DNA from: Clostridiales bacterium
GTDB taxonomy: Bacteria > Bacillota > Clostridia > Oscillospirales > Acutalibacteraceae
Direction: 5' to 3'
Assembly (NCBI GenBank): GCA_036830905.1
Contig: DAISNS010000001.1
Span: 207 to 64,206, forward strand
Length of the DNA stretch: 64,000 nt
Positions 10,338 through 20,381 of this stretch are shown here, piece by piece. Within the stretch, counting starts at the first letter, position 1, and every line of letters starts with the position of its first letter. A model generated the notes under the pieces. The model was not told the origin of the DNA, did not search any database, and saw only the letters and a program-made list of their open reading frames with translations. The translations under genes were made by a program, and so were the position numbers.

Positions 10338-10429
10338 ACCGCCCGTTCCTTTTTGCCGGCAGCGCGGCGGGCTTTCCCCTCCGCGTTCCGATAGAAGACC
10401 CAAGATATATTTTGACAGGAGGAAAAATC

Positions 10430-11560
10430 ATGAAAAGGTTTCTCAGCGTACTTCTCAGCGTCGGCCTGGCCGCTACCATAATGGGCGGCTGCAACGGCAA
10501 CACGACTCCGACGAACGCCTCTGGCACCGCCTCCACAAGCGGAGACGCTGCCAGCAGCGAAACCGCGTCCGGCGACGAGGCTTCTTCGGCTGCGGCCGCG
10601 GAGGGCGCAAGCGCAAAGGGCAAAACGTTTGCAATTGTGACCAAGGCCGCCGGCAACCCGTACAACGAAAAAGAAGCGGACGGCTTCAAGCAGGCGATTG
10701 AGCAGGAGGGCGGCACGTGCATCGTGAAGCATCCGGAAGCCGCCACCGCAGACGCGCAGGTTTCCGTGATCCAGTCCCTGATTTCCCAGAAAGTTGACAG
10801 CATCTGCATCGCCGCGAACGATGAAAACGCGCTGCAGGCGTCTTTGCAGGAGGCCATGCAGGCCGGCATCAAGGTCAGCTGCCTCGACTCCAAAACAAAC
10901 AAAGACAGCCGCCAGGTGTTCGTGAACCAGGCCGGCACCAAGGAAATCGGCCAGGCCCTGATGGACGCCGTACTCGACATCTCCGGCGGCTCCGGCGATT
11001 GGGCCATCCTTTCCGCCACTTCGCAGGCTGCGAACCAGAACGCCTGGATCGAAGCCATGAAGACGGTGATGAAGGACGCCAAGTATTCCAAACTGAACCT
11101 TGTCGAAGTCGCCTACGGCGACGATGAGCCCCAGAAGTCCACGGACCAGACGCAGGCTTTGCTTTCCAAGTACCCGAACCTGAAGGTCATCTGCGCCCCG
11201 ACGACCGTCGGCATCTCCGCCGCGGCAAAGGTTCTGCAGGACAAGAAATCCAAGGTGAAACTGACCGGCCTCGGCCTGCCTTCCGAGATGGCCGCCTATA
11301 TCGGCACGGATGCGGACCACTCCTGCCCGTACATGTTCCTGTGGAACCCGGTTGAACTCGGCCAGCTCGGCGCCTATACCTCCATTGCGCTCGTAAACGG
11401 CACCATTACCGGGAAAGCCGGCGACACCTTCGAAGCCGGCAAGATGGCCAACAGCCCGTACAAGGTTGTCGATGCCGCCGACGGCGGCACGGAAATCATC
11501 CTCGGCGCTCCGTTTAAATTCGATCCGAGCAACATCGGCGAATGGAAGAGTGTATACTAA
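10430..11560 (+). CDS. Rhamnose-type ABC transporter substrate-binding lipoprotein (RhaS-like)
   Basis: RBS AGGAGG; lipobox IMGGC; Ser/Ala linker; K..GNPY, AAND.NAL, ILSATSQAANQNAWI, AYGDD..QKS, APTTVGI, LTGLGLPSEM, LWNP..LG, as in rhamnose-binding proteins. Confidence 0.85.
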   Translation: MKRFLSVLLSVGLAATIMGGCNGNTTPTNASGTASTSGDAASSETASGDEASSAAAAEGASAKGKTFAIVTKAAGNPYNEKEADGFKQAIEQEGGTCIVKHPEAATADAQVSVIQSLISQKVDSICIAANDENALQASLQEAMQAGIKVSCLDSKTNKDSRQVFVNQAGTKEIGQALMDAVLDISGGSGDWAILSATSQAANQNAWIEAMKTVMKDAKYSKLNLVEVAYGDDEPQKSTDQTQALLSKYPNLKVICAPTTVGISAAAKVLQDKKSKVKLTGLGLPSEMAAYIGTDADHSCPYMFLWNPVELGQLGAYTSIALVNGTITGKAGDTFEAGKMANSPYKVVDAADGGTEIILGAPFKFDPSNIGEWKSVY

Positions 11561-11577
11561 ATCCTGAGGTGATTGCA

Positions 11578-11889
11578 TTGATCAAGGGCTTCAAGATGAA
11601 GCTTTATCCCGGCCAGGAAAAGGAATACGCGAGGCGCCACGCCCAGCTCTGGCCCGAGATGAAGAAGATGATTCACGACTACGGCGGGAAGAATTACACC
11701 ATCTTCCTCGACAAGGACACGCTTACGCTTTTCGGAACGATCGAGATCGAAGACGAAAAGCGCTGGGCGGCCGGCGCGGACACCGCGATCAACCGCAAAT
11801 GGTGGGACTATATGGCCGACATCATGGAAACGAACCCTGACAACAGCCCTGTTACCACCGACCTTGTTCCGGTGTTCCATCTCGACTGA
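11578..11889 (+). CDS. rhaM: L-rhamnose mutarotase
   Basis: TTG start after GAGGTG; FKMKL.PG...EY..RH..LWPEM, NYTIFLD, RKWWDYMADIMETNPDNSP, VFHLD. Confidence 0.92.
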   Translation: MIKGFKMKLYPGQEKEYARRHAQLWPEMKKMIHDYGGKNYTIFLDKDTLTLFGTIEIEDEKRWAAGADTAINRKWWDYMADIMETNPDNSPVTTDLVPVFHLD

Positions 11890-11896
11890 CGTGCGG

Positions 11897-11938
11897 AATG
11901 GCGGGAAGCTTCGGCTTCCCGCCATTTCTTACTTTTGT
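11897..11938 (+). terminator. Intrinsic terminator after rhaM
   Basis: Perfect 13-bp stem AATGGCGGGAAGC / GCTTCCCGCCATT with a TTCG loop, followed by a T-rich tail. Confidence 0.85.
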
Positions 11939-12088
11939 ATATTTCGCGGGCCCCCCTTTTTATCGGGACGGATTTTGATTATGATAACCTCATGCGGACC
12001 GGCCGGGAGACGGAAGCTCCCCGGCCGCCCTTCCGCCCGGCGCGTGCCGGGCGGAGATCGTTCAAATTACGCGGGAGGGATTTTTAAG

Positions 12089-13585
12089 TTGGAAAAGATC
12101 AAGCAACCGGCAAGACCCCGTGTCGGCGTTTACTCCATGGGCCTGAAAGCCTACTGGGCGCAGTTCGAGGGGCTGCGCGGGAGGCTGCTGGGCTACGGGC
12201 GGTTCATTGCCGACCGCGTGGGGGAGATGGGCGCCGACGTATTTTTCTACGGCATCGTGGACAGCCCGGAGGAAGGCGCCCGCTGCGGCGCGTATTTCGC
12301 GGAGAACCGCGTCGACCTGATCCTCGCGCACAGCGCGACGTACTGCACCAGCGCGAGCGTCCTGCCGGTCCACCAGCGCTGCGGCGCGCCCGCGGTCGTG
12401 CTGAACCTGCAGCCGACCGCGCGCATCGATTACGAAAAGACGACCACCGGCGAATGGCTCGCCGACTGCGGCGCCTGCCCGGTGCCGGAGATTTCCAACG
12501 CGTTCAACCGCGCCGGGATCCCGTTCCGCGTGGTGAACGGCCTTCTGGGGGAGAGCGCGACGCCCGCCGGCTCGCTTGCGGACGAGAATACGGCCGGGCG
12601 GCCGGAAGCGGTGCGCGCGTGGAAAGAGATCGGCGAATGGGTGCGCGCGGCCGGCGTGAAGGCGGGCCTTGCGGCTTCCCGGTTCGGCTTCCTGGGCGGG
12701 TACTACTGCGGGATGCTGGATATGTACAGCGACTTCACGATGTTCCAGGCGCAGACCGGCGCGCACCTCGAGGTGCTGGAGATGGACGACCTGGGCCGGA
12801 TGCTGAAGGAGGTCACCGACGGGGAAGCCGCGGAGAAGCGCAGGGAGATGGCGGAGTTTTTCGCCGTCGGCTCGACCGGCTCCGATCCGCGCAACCATCC
12901 GCCGACGGAAGAGCAGCTTGCGTGGAGCGCCAGAGTCGCCGCCGCGCAGGAAAAGCTCGTGCGCGCGTACGACCTCGACGCGCTCTGCTACTACTACCAC
13001 GGAGCGCCGGGCAGCGAAGCCGAAAAGCTGCAGAGCGGCTTTATCGTGGGCCACAGCCTGCTGACGGCCCGGGGCGTCCCCTGCGCCGGCGAGGGCGACC
13101 TCAAGACCTGCCTGGCCATGAAGATCTGCGACATCCTCGGCGTGGGCGGGAGCTTCTGCGAGATCGTCGTCACCGACTATGTGGACGGAACCATCCTGCT
13201 CGGGCACGACGGCCCGTTCCACCTCGCCATCGCCGACGGCAAGCCGGTCCTGCGCGGGCTCGGCGTCTACCACGGCAAGCAGGGGAGCGGCGTGAGCGTG
13301 GAGGCGAAGGTACGGACCGGGCCGATCACCAACCTCGGCACGACGCAGACCGTCGACGGGAAGCTCCGCTTCCTGATTTCCGAGGGCGAGAGCACGGGCG
13401 GCCGGATCATGGCGATCGGCAACACCCAGACGCCGGTGCGGTTCGCAAAGGACCCCGACTCCTATATGGACGAGTGGTTCGCGCAGGCGCCCACGCACCA
13501 CTTCGCGATGAGCGTGGGGAAAAACGCGTCCCTGTTCCGGAAAACCGCCGACCTGCTCGGCATCCCCGCCGTCGTGCTGGAATGA
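12089..13585 (+). CDS. L-arabinose/L-fucose isomerase-fold sugar isomerase, substrate uncertain
   Basis: TTG start after GGGAGGG; motifs equivalent to the AraA metal ligands: AGEGDLK, GSFCEI, LLGHDGP, PTHHFA. Confidence 0.75.
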   Translation: MEKIKQPARPRVGVYSMGLKAYWAQFEGLRGRLLGYGRFIADRVGEMGADVFFYGIVDSPEEGARCGAYFAENRVDLILAHSATYCTSASVLPVHQRCGAPAVVLNLQPTARIDYEKTTTGEWLADCGACPVPEISNAFNRAGIPFRVVNGLLGESATPAGSLADENTAGRPEAVRAWKEIGEWVRAAGVKAGLAASRFGFLGGYYCGMLDMYSDFTMFQAQTGAHLEVLEMDDLGRMLKEVTDGEAAEKRREMAEFFAVGSTGSDPRNHPPTEEQLAWSARVAAAQEKLVRAYDLDALCYYYHGAPGSEAEKLQSGFIVGHSLLTARGVPCAGEGDLKTCLAMKICDILGVGGSFCEIVVTDYVDGTILLGHDGPFHLAIADGKPVLRGLGVYHGKQGSGVSVEAKVRTGPITNLGTTQTVDGKLRFLISEGESTGGRIMAIGNTQTPVRFAKDPDSYMDEWFAQAPTHHFAMSVGKNASLFRKTADLLGIPAVVLE

Positions 13586-13787
13586 CGCAGGGGCCGGGGA
13601 GAGCCCCTGCGCGGCGGGAGAAAGAGGCGAAATATCGGCTCCGGGCTGTTATTGCGCCGAAAAACGAGCTATAATGGAGAAGCCCCCGGCGCTCGCGCGC
13701 GGGGGCTGGATCCGCCGTGCCGGCAGACGGGGGAAAACGCCGCGGCGCGGACGGCTCGCTTACAGTCAGGAAGGGAGACAGGTGGAA

Positions 13788-15143
13788 ATGGAACAAAAAA
13801 GTGCCGCAATCTCCGCGGAGATGATCGAGGCGGCTTCCCAGAGCTACCGCAACGGCCCGCTGAAGGGCGTCACGGACAGCGTCGTGAAAAACGGCATCGC
13901 GAACACCGCTTACAGCCGCGAGGCGTCCATCCGGATGACCCCGATCTTTTCGGACGAGATCGAGGCCATGAGCGTCACGAACCAGAAGAAGAGCGGCCGC
14001 TGCTGGATTTTCGCGGGGATGAACGTCCTGCGGTATCATCTGAACGAGACGCTTCATTTCAAGACGCCGGATTTCGAGCTTTCGCAGGCGTACGTCATGT
14101 TCTGGGACAAGCTCGAAAAGGCGAACTACTTTCTGGAGAGCGTCCTGGAAACCGCGAAGGAAGACAAGGGCAGCCGCACCGTGATGTGGCTTTTCGGCAC
14201 GCTGCTGAGCGACGGCGGGCAGTGGGACATGCTTGTCTCCATCATCCGGAAATACGGCGTCGTGCCGAAATACGCGATGCCGGAAGCGTTTGAAAGCAGC
14301 AACACGTCGAAGCTGGACGCCATTCTCTGCAAAAAGCTGCGCGCCGACGGCGTCAGGCTGCGCCGCATGGCCGCCGACGGCGAGAGCGCGGACCGGCTCG
14401 GGGCGGAAAAGGCCGCGATGGTGTCGGAGGTCTACGGCCTGCTGTGCTGCTTCCTCGGCGAGCCGCCGCGCACGTTCGATTTCGCGTACCGCGACAAGGA
14501 GAACGTCTTCCACCGCGACGCCGGGCTCACGCCGCGGCGGTTCTACGAGAAATATTTCGGGAATTTCCTCGACGACTACGTCAGCGTGATCAACGCGCCG
14601 ACGGCGGGCAAGCCCCTGGGCCATACTTATACCGTAAGGTTCCTCGGCAACGTGGTCGGCGGCCGGCCGGTGACCTACCTCAACCTGGAGACCGGGGAGC
14701 TTGCGCGCACGGCCTGCCGGCAGATCCGGGACGGCCGCCCGGTCTGGTTCGGCTCGGACGTGGGCAAGATGTCGGAGCGGGAGCTCGGCATCCTGGACAC
14801 GGCGATCTACAACTATGAGGGCGTGCTGCACACCGACCTCGGCATGTCGAAGGCCGATATGCTCGATTACGGCCAGACCTGCCTGACGCACGCGATGATG
14901 CTGCTGGGCGTGGATATTGCGGAAGACGGCGGCATCGCGAAGTGGAAAGTGGAAAACAGCTGGGGCGACGACGTGGGCAAAAAAGGCTTTTTCGTCATGA
15001 GCGCCGAATGGTTCCGGACTTACGTCTGCCAGGTCGTGGTGAACAAAAAATATCTGACCGAAGAAGAGAGGGCGGCCCTCGGCGAGAAACCCGTCGTGCT
15101 GGAGCCCTGGGACCCGATCGGTTCCCTCGCGCGGATGGACTGA
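13788..15143 (+). CDS. pepC: Aminopeptidase C / bleomycin hydrolase (peptidase C1B)
   Basis: TNQKKSGRCWIFA (catalytic Cys), FWDKLEKANYFLE, DGGQWDM, THAM (His), WKVENSWG (Asn). Confidence 0.93.
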   Translation: MEQKSAAISAEMIEAASQSYRNGPLKGVTDSVVKNGIANTAYSREASIRMTPIFSDEIEAMSVTNQKKSGRCWIFAGMNVLRYHLNETLHFKTPDFELSQAYVMFWDKLEKANYFLESVLETAKEDKGSRTVMWLFGTLLSDGGQWDMLVSIIRKYGVVPKYAMPEAFESSNTSKLDAILCKKLRADGVRLRRMAADGESADRLGAEKAAMVSEVYGLLCCFLGEPPRTFDFAYRDKENVFHRDAGLTPRRFYEKYFGNFLDDYVSVINAPTAGKPLGHTYTVRFLGNVVGGRPVTYLNLETGELARTACRQIRDGRPVWFGSDVGKMSERELGILDTAIYNYEGVLHTDLGMSKADMLDYGQTCLTHAMMLLGVDIAEDGGIAKWKVENSWGDDVGKKGFFVMSAEWFRTYVCQVVVNKKYLTEEERAALGEKPVVLEPWDPIGSLARMD

Positions 15144-15170
15144 CGGCCCGGTTTCCGCGCCCGCGCGAAA

Positions 15171-15221
15171 AGGCTCCCTGGGGATTCCGGAAAGAATCCC
15201 CAGGGAGCCTGTCTTTTGTTT
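15171..15221. terminator. Bidirectional terminator between pepC and telA
   Basis: Perfect 17-bp inverted repeat AGGCTCCCTGGGGATTC / GAATCCCCAGGGAGCCT, flanked by A and T runs. Confidence 0.85.
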
Positions 15222-15232
15222 GGCGCGCGCTT

Positions 15233-16366
15233 TCAGCGGATCTCGAGCAGCTTGTTTTTCAGGTCGCCTTCCAGCTTTCCGAGCTCCTGTTCGGCCTGGG
15301 CGCGCTTTTCGCGGCCGTCCCGCTGAATCTGGATCACCTCGTCCAGCGTGGAGATCAGCGTCTCGTTGGTGTGCTGCAGCGTTTCCAGGTCGACGATGCC
15401 GCGCTCGGATTCCTTCTGGGTTGCGACCGTGGCCATCTTGAGCGTGTCCGCGTTTTTGCGCAGCAGCTCGTTCGTCATGTCCGTCACCTCGCGCTGCGCC
15501 TTCGCCGCCTGGGTGGAGTGCTCCACGCCCAGGGCCAGCACCATCTGGCTCTTCCAGAGCGGGATGGTGTTCACCAGCGTGGACTGGATCTTCTCGCTCA
15601 TCAGCAGGTCGTTGTTCTGCACCAGGCGAAGCTGCGGCGCCATCTGGATGGACACCATGCGCGTCAGCTCGAGGTCGTGCAGCTTCTTGTCGAACCGGTC
15701 GCACATGCCGGCGAAGTCGTTCGCCGCCTGCGCGTCCTCCGGCAGGCCGGACGACCTGGCCTTCTGCTGCAGGGCGGGCAGGTCGCTCCCGCGGGCCTGC
15801 CCCAGCTTTTTCCTGCCGGCGAGAAGGTACATCGACAGCTCCTTGAAGTAAGCGCGGTTCGCGTCGTACATCTTGTCCAGCATGGAGATGTCCTTCAGGA
15901 GCTGCACCTGGTGCGCTTCCAGCGCGTCGCAGATGCGGTCCACGTTCGTTTCGGCCTTGGCGTAGCGCGCCCTCATGGCCTGCAGCTTGTTGCCGCCGCG
16001 CTTCAGGCGCGCGAAGAAGCCCTTTTCCTCCTCGCCCACCTCGAAGCTCTTCAGCTCGGTTACGACGCCTGTCAGCATCTGGCCCACCTCGCCGAGGTCC
16101 TTGGTGCGCACGTTCTCCAGCGCGCGCTCGGAGAAGTCCGCCATCTTTTTCTGCGCGCCGGAGCCGTACTGCAGGATCTGGCCGCTGTTCGTCAGGTCGA
16201 TTTTTGCGGAGAAATCCGCCACCATTTTCTGCTCTTCCGGCGTCAGCCGCGGCATCGGCGCCGTTTCCGCGGCGGCTTCGGCAAGCGGCGCGGCGCTGGG
16301 CGCAGCCGCCGGCTCCGCGCCGGATTCCAGCGTGAGCTCGGGGGAGGGAGTTTCGTTCTGATCCAT
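15233..16366 (-). CDS. Toxic anion resistance protein TelA/YaaN family
   Basis: ILQYGSGAQKKMADFS, LLKDISMLDKMY, Q.APQLRLVQNND, NTIPLWKSQMVLAL, ERGIVDLETL; RBS AGGAGG. Confidence 0.9.
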   Translation of the reverse strand: MDQNETPSPELTLESGAEPAAAPSAAPLAEAAAETAPMPRLTPEEQKMVADFSAKIDLTNSGQILQYGSGAQKKMADFSERALENVRTKDLGEVGQMLTGVVTELKSFEVGEEEKGFFARLKRGGNKLQAMRARYAKAETNVDRICDALEAHQVQLLKDISMLDKMYDANRAYFKELSMYLLAGRKKLGQARGSDLPALQQKARSSGLPEDAQAANDFAGMCDRFDKKLHDLELTRMVSIQMAPQLRLVQNNDLLMSEKIQSTLVNTIPLWKSQMVLALGVEHSTQAAKAQREVTDMTNELLRKNADTLKMATVATQKESERGIVDLETLQHTNETLISTLDEVIQIQRDGREKRAQAEQELGKLEGDLKNKLLEIR

Positions 16367-16388
16367 AAGGGGGACCTCCTGTTTCAGT

Positions 16389-17690
16389 TTATTTTTCATC
16401 GGGCGGGGCGGCGGCCGGCCCGGCGTCCGTTTGTTTCCGGAAATCGCTGCCGGTCAGGCCCTCCTGCTTCAGCATGGCCTCAAGCGCGGAAATGTCGGAG
16501 GAAACGTCGAGCGCGTCGTCGGCGTAGAGGCTGTCCAACAGAGTCTCGAACGCAACGTTCACCGTGTCCAGCGCGCTTTCGATCTCCGCTTTCGCCTTGG
16601 CGATATTTTCGCCCTGCACGGGCTGCGACTCGAATTCCCGGTAAGCGTTCGTCAGCTTCAGCACCGTGGGAAGATAATAGCGCATCAGGCGGCGGATCTC
16701 CGGCAGCTTCCCGGGGTGCTGCTCCACGCACTGAAAAATGCGCGACGAGACGTTTTCGAGGCGGTCCAGCTTGTCGGAGATCACTTTGCCCGGCAGCGCG
16801 TCGTTCACCGCGCGGATCTGCCGCAGGTACTCCGCGCCCTCCTGCCGCACGGCGTCCAGCGCGGCGCGGCGCGGGTCGGCCTGCTCCGCTTCCTTCGCCC
16901 TGCGGGCGGCCTCTTCGCGGGCCTCATAGGATTTTTCCGCTTCCAGATAGGTCTCGTAGGTCTCGTTGTCCGCAAGGAAGTACGTTTCGGTGCGGTCCAG
17001 GTGGCCCTGCGGGCACGCGCCGGAAGAGATCATTTTGCGCAGGTCTTTTTTCGTGCGCTCCACCGGCTGGCCGGCCGCGGCGGCGAGTTGTTCCACCGTG
17101 CCGAAAGTCGCGCCGTCCAGCGCGTCGAGGTAGCGCGCGAAGCGGCGGGCGCGGCGGCGCAGCGAGATCCCCCAGCCGGCAAGGGCGAGCGCCGCCCCCG
17201 TGAACGGCAGCAGCACGGCGAGGGCGGTGCCGGCGGTGAACGCGCTGAGCGCCCCCGCCGCGCCCACGGCCCCCACGACGGCGCTCGCGACGGCGAGCGG
17301 GATGCCGAACGCGAAGCCGAAGACGGCGCACACCAGGCCGCCGACGCTGCCCGGCATCGCGCTGCGGAAAGCGGCCCGGCGGCCTGCGGGCCGCCCCGCG
17401 TGCCTGACGGGGTCCTTCATCGGGACGCCGTCGTACGGGCTTTCGTATTTTTTCCGCACAGGCCGGACCGGATCCTTCTGTCCGTCGCCGAACGATTCCC
17501 CCACGCCGTGGGCGATGTCCCGCACCGTGCCGCCCACGGCGCGCCCGATCTCGCCCACGGTGCGCCCGACCTCCTCGTAATCGCCGGCGCGCGCGGCCTC
17601 CTTGATTTTTCTCTGCAGCTCTGGATAATCCGCGTGCCTGAGGGCGCGGTCAACCTTCTTTTCAAACTCCGAGTAATCCGATTTGCCCAT
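16389..17690 (-). CDS. XpaC-like (5-bromo-4-chloroindolyl phosphate hydrolysis family) membrane protein
   Basis: Two central TM helices; C-terminal IRRLMRYYLPT.LKL..AY, LDVSSDISALE.MLKQEGL; usual pairing with telA. Confidence 0.8.
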   Translation of the reverse strand: MGKSDYSEFEKKVDRALRHADYPELQRKIKEAARAGDYEEVGRTVGEIGRAVGGTVRDIAHGVGESFGDGQKDPVRPVRKKYESPYDGVPMKDPVRHAGRPAGRRAAFRSAMPGSVGGLVCAVFGFAFGIPLAVASAVVGAVGAAGALSAFTAGTALAVLLPFTGAALALAGWGISLRRRARRFARYLDALDGATFGTVEQLAAAAGQPVERTKKDLRKMISSGACPQGHLDRTETYFLADNETYETYLEAEKSYEAREEAARRAKEAEQADPRRAALDAVRQEGAEYLRQIRAVNDALPGKVISDKLDRLENVSSRIFQCVEQHPGKLPEIRRLMRYYLPTVLKLTNAYREFESQPVQGENIAKAKAEIESALDTVNVAFETLLDSLYADDALDVSSDISALEAMLKQEGLTGSDFRKQTDAGPAAAPPDEK

Positions 17691-17752
17691 TCTTATCCTC
17701 CGGAAGTCTCTGCACCTCGGCCGCACCGATCCTGCGGCGGTTCATCATTTCC

Positions 17753-17781
17753 ATTATAGCGTGCCCCGGGCAAAATAACAA
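17753..17781 (-). promoter_or_regulatory. Sigma-A promoter of xpaC-telA
   Basis: TTGTTA-17 bp-TATAAT on the minus strand. Confidence 0.65.
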
Positions 17782-17946
17782 CTTCCCTTTTGCCCTTTGG
17801 CGGCGAAAAACGCTGGAAATGCCTGCCCGGGCGCCGGAGGCCGCCCCATGGCCATTTTCCCCCGGGAAAGCGCAAAAAATCCGGGGGCGGGGTCAGGCGG
17901 CCGTAAACGGGCCGCGCCCTGCTCCCGGACGGGAATCCGGAAAAAT

Positions 17947-20163
17947 TTACCTGTGCATCGGCCGGCCCGCGCCGTGGTGGTCGGGATGGTCGCGGCGATC
18001 GTGGTCGCCGCGGTACGGACGGCGCGGCGGGCGCTGCTCCGCGGAGATGTCGTTCTCCGGCACGAGGCCGTTCACCTCGATCAGCGCTTCGCGGCGGGAA
18101 AGGTTCAGGCGTCCCTTCTCGTCGATGTTGAGCACCTTCACCATGACTTCGTCCCCGACGTTGACCACGTCCGTCACATTGTTGACGTGCTTCACGTCGA
18201 GCTGCGAGATGTGCACGAGGCCTTCCTTGCCCGGGGCGATCTCGACGAACGCGCCGAAGTCCATCAGGCGGGTGACCTTGCCGTTGTAGATGGTGCCCGG
18301 CTCGGGGTCGTTCACGATCGTGTCCACGATGCCGATGGCGCGCTTGCAGTTGTCCAGGTTGACGCCGGAGACGAAGACGTGGCCGTCTTCCTCCACGTCC
18401 ATCTTGATGTCGCACTCGGAGCAGATCTTCTGGATGACCTTGCCGCCGGTGCCGATGACCTCGCGGATTTTGTCCACCGGGATCTGGATGGAGAGCATCT
18501 TCGGCGCGTAGGGAGAGAGCTCCTTGCGCGGCGCCGGGATCGTCTTGAGGATGACCTCGTCGATGATATAGTCGCGGGCCTTGTGGGTTTTGTAGAGGGC
18601 TTCCTTGATCATCTCGGGCGTCAGCCCCTTGATCTTCAGGTCCATCTGGATCGCGGTGATGCCGGCGTGCGTGCCGGCGACCTTGAAGTCCATGTCGCCG
18701 AAGAAATCCTCCAGGCCCTGGATATCCACCATGGTCATCCAGCGCTCGCCCTCCGTGATCAGCCCGCAGGAGATGCCGGCGACGGGAGCCTTGATCGGCA
18801 CGCCCGCGTCCATCAGGGCCAGCGTGGAGCCGCAGATGGAAGCCTGCGAGGTGGAGCCGTTGGAGGAGAGCACCTCCGAGACGAGGCGCAGCGCGTACGG
18901 GAACTCGTCGACGGACGGGATCACCGGCGCGAGCGCGCGCTCCGCGAGGGCGCCGTGGCCGATCTCGCGGCGGCCCGGGCCGCGGCTCGGCCTCGTGTCG
19001 CCCGTGGAATAGGAGGGCATGTTGTACTGGTGGATATAGCGCTTCGCCTCCTCTTCGTCGATGCCGTCGAACGTCTGCTCGTCGTCGACGGAGCCGAGCG
19101 TCACGGTGGTGAGCACCTGCGTCTGGCCGCGGGTGAACATGCCGGAACCGTGCACGCGGGGCAGAAGGCCCACCTCCGCAGCCAGCGGGCGGATCTCGTC
19201 CATCTTGCGGCCGTCCACGCGCTTCTGCTCGTCGAGCAGCCAGCGGCGGACGACGTGCCTCTGCGTCTTATACATGCATTCGTCGATCTTCGCGGCCTGG
19301 TCGGGGTAGATCGGGTCGAATTTTTCGTGGACCTTCTGGTAGACGGGCAGCAGGCGGGCGTCGCGCACGTTCTTGTCGTCGGTGTCGAGGGCGTCGCGCA
19401 CGTCGTCCGTCGCGAAGTCCCGGATGGTGTTCAGCATCTCCCAATCGGGCGAGTTGCTCGGGTAGACGAATTTCTGTTTGCCGATATCCTTCTGGATATT
19501 CTTGATGAACTCGATGACGGCCTGGTTCGCCTTGTGGCCGGCCATGATGCCGCCGTACATCACGTCGTCGGGGATCTCGTCTGCGCCCGCCTCGATCATC
19601 ACGATGCGGGAGTCGGTGGAAGCCACGGTGACGGCCATGCGGGATTTCTTGCGCTGCTCGGCATTGGGGTTGATGACGTATTCGCCGTCCACATAACCCA
19701 CGGAAGTGCCGGAGATCGGGCCGTTCCACGGAATGTCCGAGATGGAGAGCGCGATGGAGGCGCCTACCATCGACGCGATTTCGGGCGGGCAGTCGTGGTC
19801 CACGCTCATCACGGTGCAGACGACGGTCACGTCGTTGCGCAGGTCTTTCGGGAACAGCGGGCGGATCGGGCGGTCGATCATGCGGGAAGTGAGCACGGCC
19901 TTTTCCGACGGGCGCCCCTCGCGCTTGAGGTACGAGCCGGGGATCTTGCCCACGGAATAGAGCTTCTCCTCGTAGTCGACGGAAAGCGGGAAGAAATCCA
20001 CGCCGTCGCGCGGTTTGTCCGAAGCGGTGGCGGCCACGTGCACGACGGTGTCGCCGTAGCGCACGAGGCATTCGCCGTTTGCGAGCTGCGCCATCTTGCC
20101 GGTCTCAACGGTAAGGGGGCGGCCGGCGAAGTCGGTCTTGAATACCCGGTAGTTTTCAAACAT
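17947..20163 (-). CDS. pnp: Polyribonucleotide nucleotidyltransferase (PNPase)
   Basis: FFPLSVDYEE, RMIDRPIRPLF, FTRGQTQ, RREIGHGALAERAL, SNGSTSQAS, GDMDFKVAGT, KH and S1 domains. Confidence 0.98.
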   Translation of the reverse strand: MFENYRVFKTDFAGRPLTVETGKMAQLANGECLVRYGDTVVHVAATASDKPRDGVDFFPLSVDYEEKLYSVGKIPGSYLKREGRPSEKAVLTSRMIDRPIRPLFPKDLRNDVTVVCTVMSVDHDCPPEIASMVGASIALSISDIPWNGPISGTSVGYVDGEYVINPNAEQRKKSRMAVTVASTDSRIVMIEAGADEIPDDVMYGGIMAGHKANQAVIEFIKNIQKDIGKQKFVYPSNSPDWEMLNTIRDFATDDVRDALDTDDKNVRDARLLPVYQKVHEKFDPIYPDQAAKIDECMYKTQRHVVRRWLLDEQKRVDGRKMDEIRPLAAEVGLLPRVHGSGMFTRGQTQVLTTVTLGSVDDEQTFDGIDEEEAKRYIHQYNMPSYSTGDTRPSRGPGRREIGHGALAERALAPVIPSVDEFPYALRLVSEVLSSNGSTSQASICGSTLALMDAGVPIKAPVAGISCGLITEGERWMTMVDIQGLEDFFGDMDFKVAGTHAGITAIQMDLKIKGLTPEMIKEALYKTHKARDYIIDEVILKTIPAPRKELSPYAPKMLSIQIPVDKIREVIGTGGKVIQKICSECDIKMDVEEDGHVFVSGVNLDNCKRAIGIVDTIVNDPEPGTIYNGKVTRLMDFGAFVEIAPGKEGLVHISQLDVKHVNNVTDVVNVGDEVMVKVLNIDEKGRLNLSRREALIEVNGLVPENDISAEQRPPRRPYRGDHDRRDHPDHHGAGRPMHR

Positions 20164-20203
20164 TGCTTTTGACTCCTCCGTATTCTGAAAAAATTTGTCC
20201 TTC

Positions 20204-20282
20204 GGGATGCGGCGGATTTAGCAATTAAACCGGCGTCTTGTACGAAAGGCGCTCGTTTCACTGCTAAGACCCGCTGCCTCCC
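20204..20282 (-). promoter_or_regulatory. Long imperfect hairpin in the pnp 5' leader (candidate RNase III site)
   Basis: Nested pairings GGGA.GCGGCGG / CCGCTGC.TCCC, TTAGCA / TGCTAA, AAAC / GTTT and GCGTCTT / AAGGCGC, about 40 nt upstream of the pnp ATG. Confidence 0.6.
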
Positions 20283-20381
20283 GGCCGCCTTTTCAAAAAA
20301 GGCGGCGCCGAAACCTTGACCTTTGCCCGGATTCGGGCCCGGGAGAGTCCACTCCCCGGAAAACAGAAAACAAATACTGGA

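Noticed and set aside
20284..20306. Palindrome as a MITE or REP-like element
   Set aside because: Only one clear copy is in the window and no target-site duplication is visible, so it cannot be supported without a genome-wide search.
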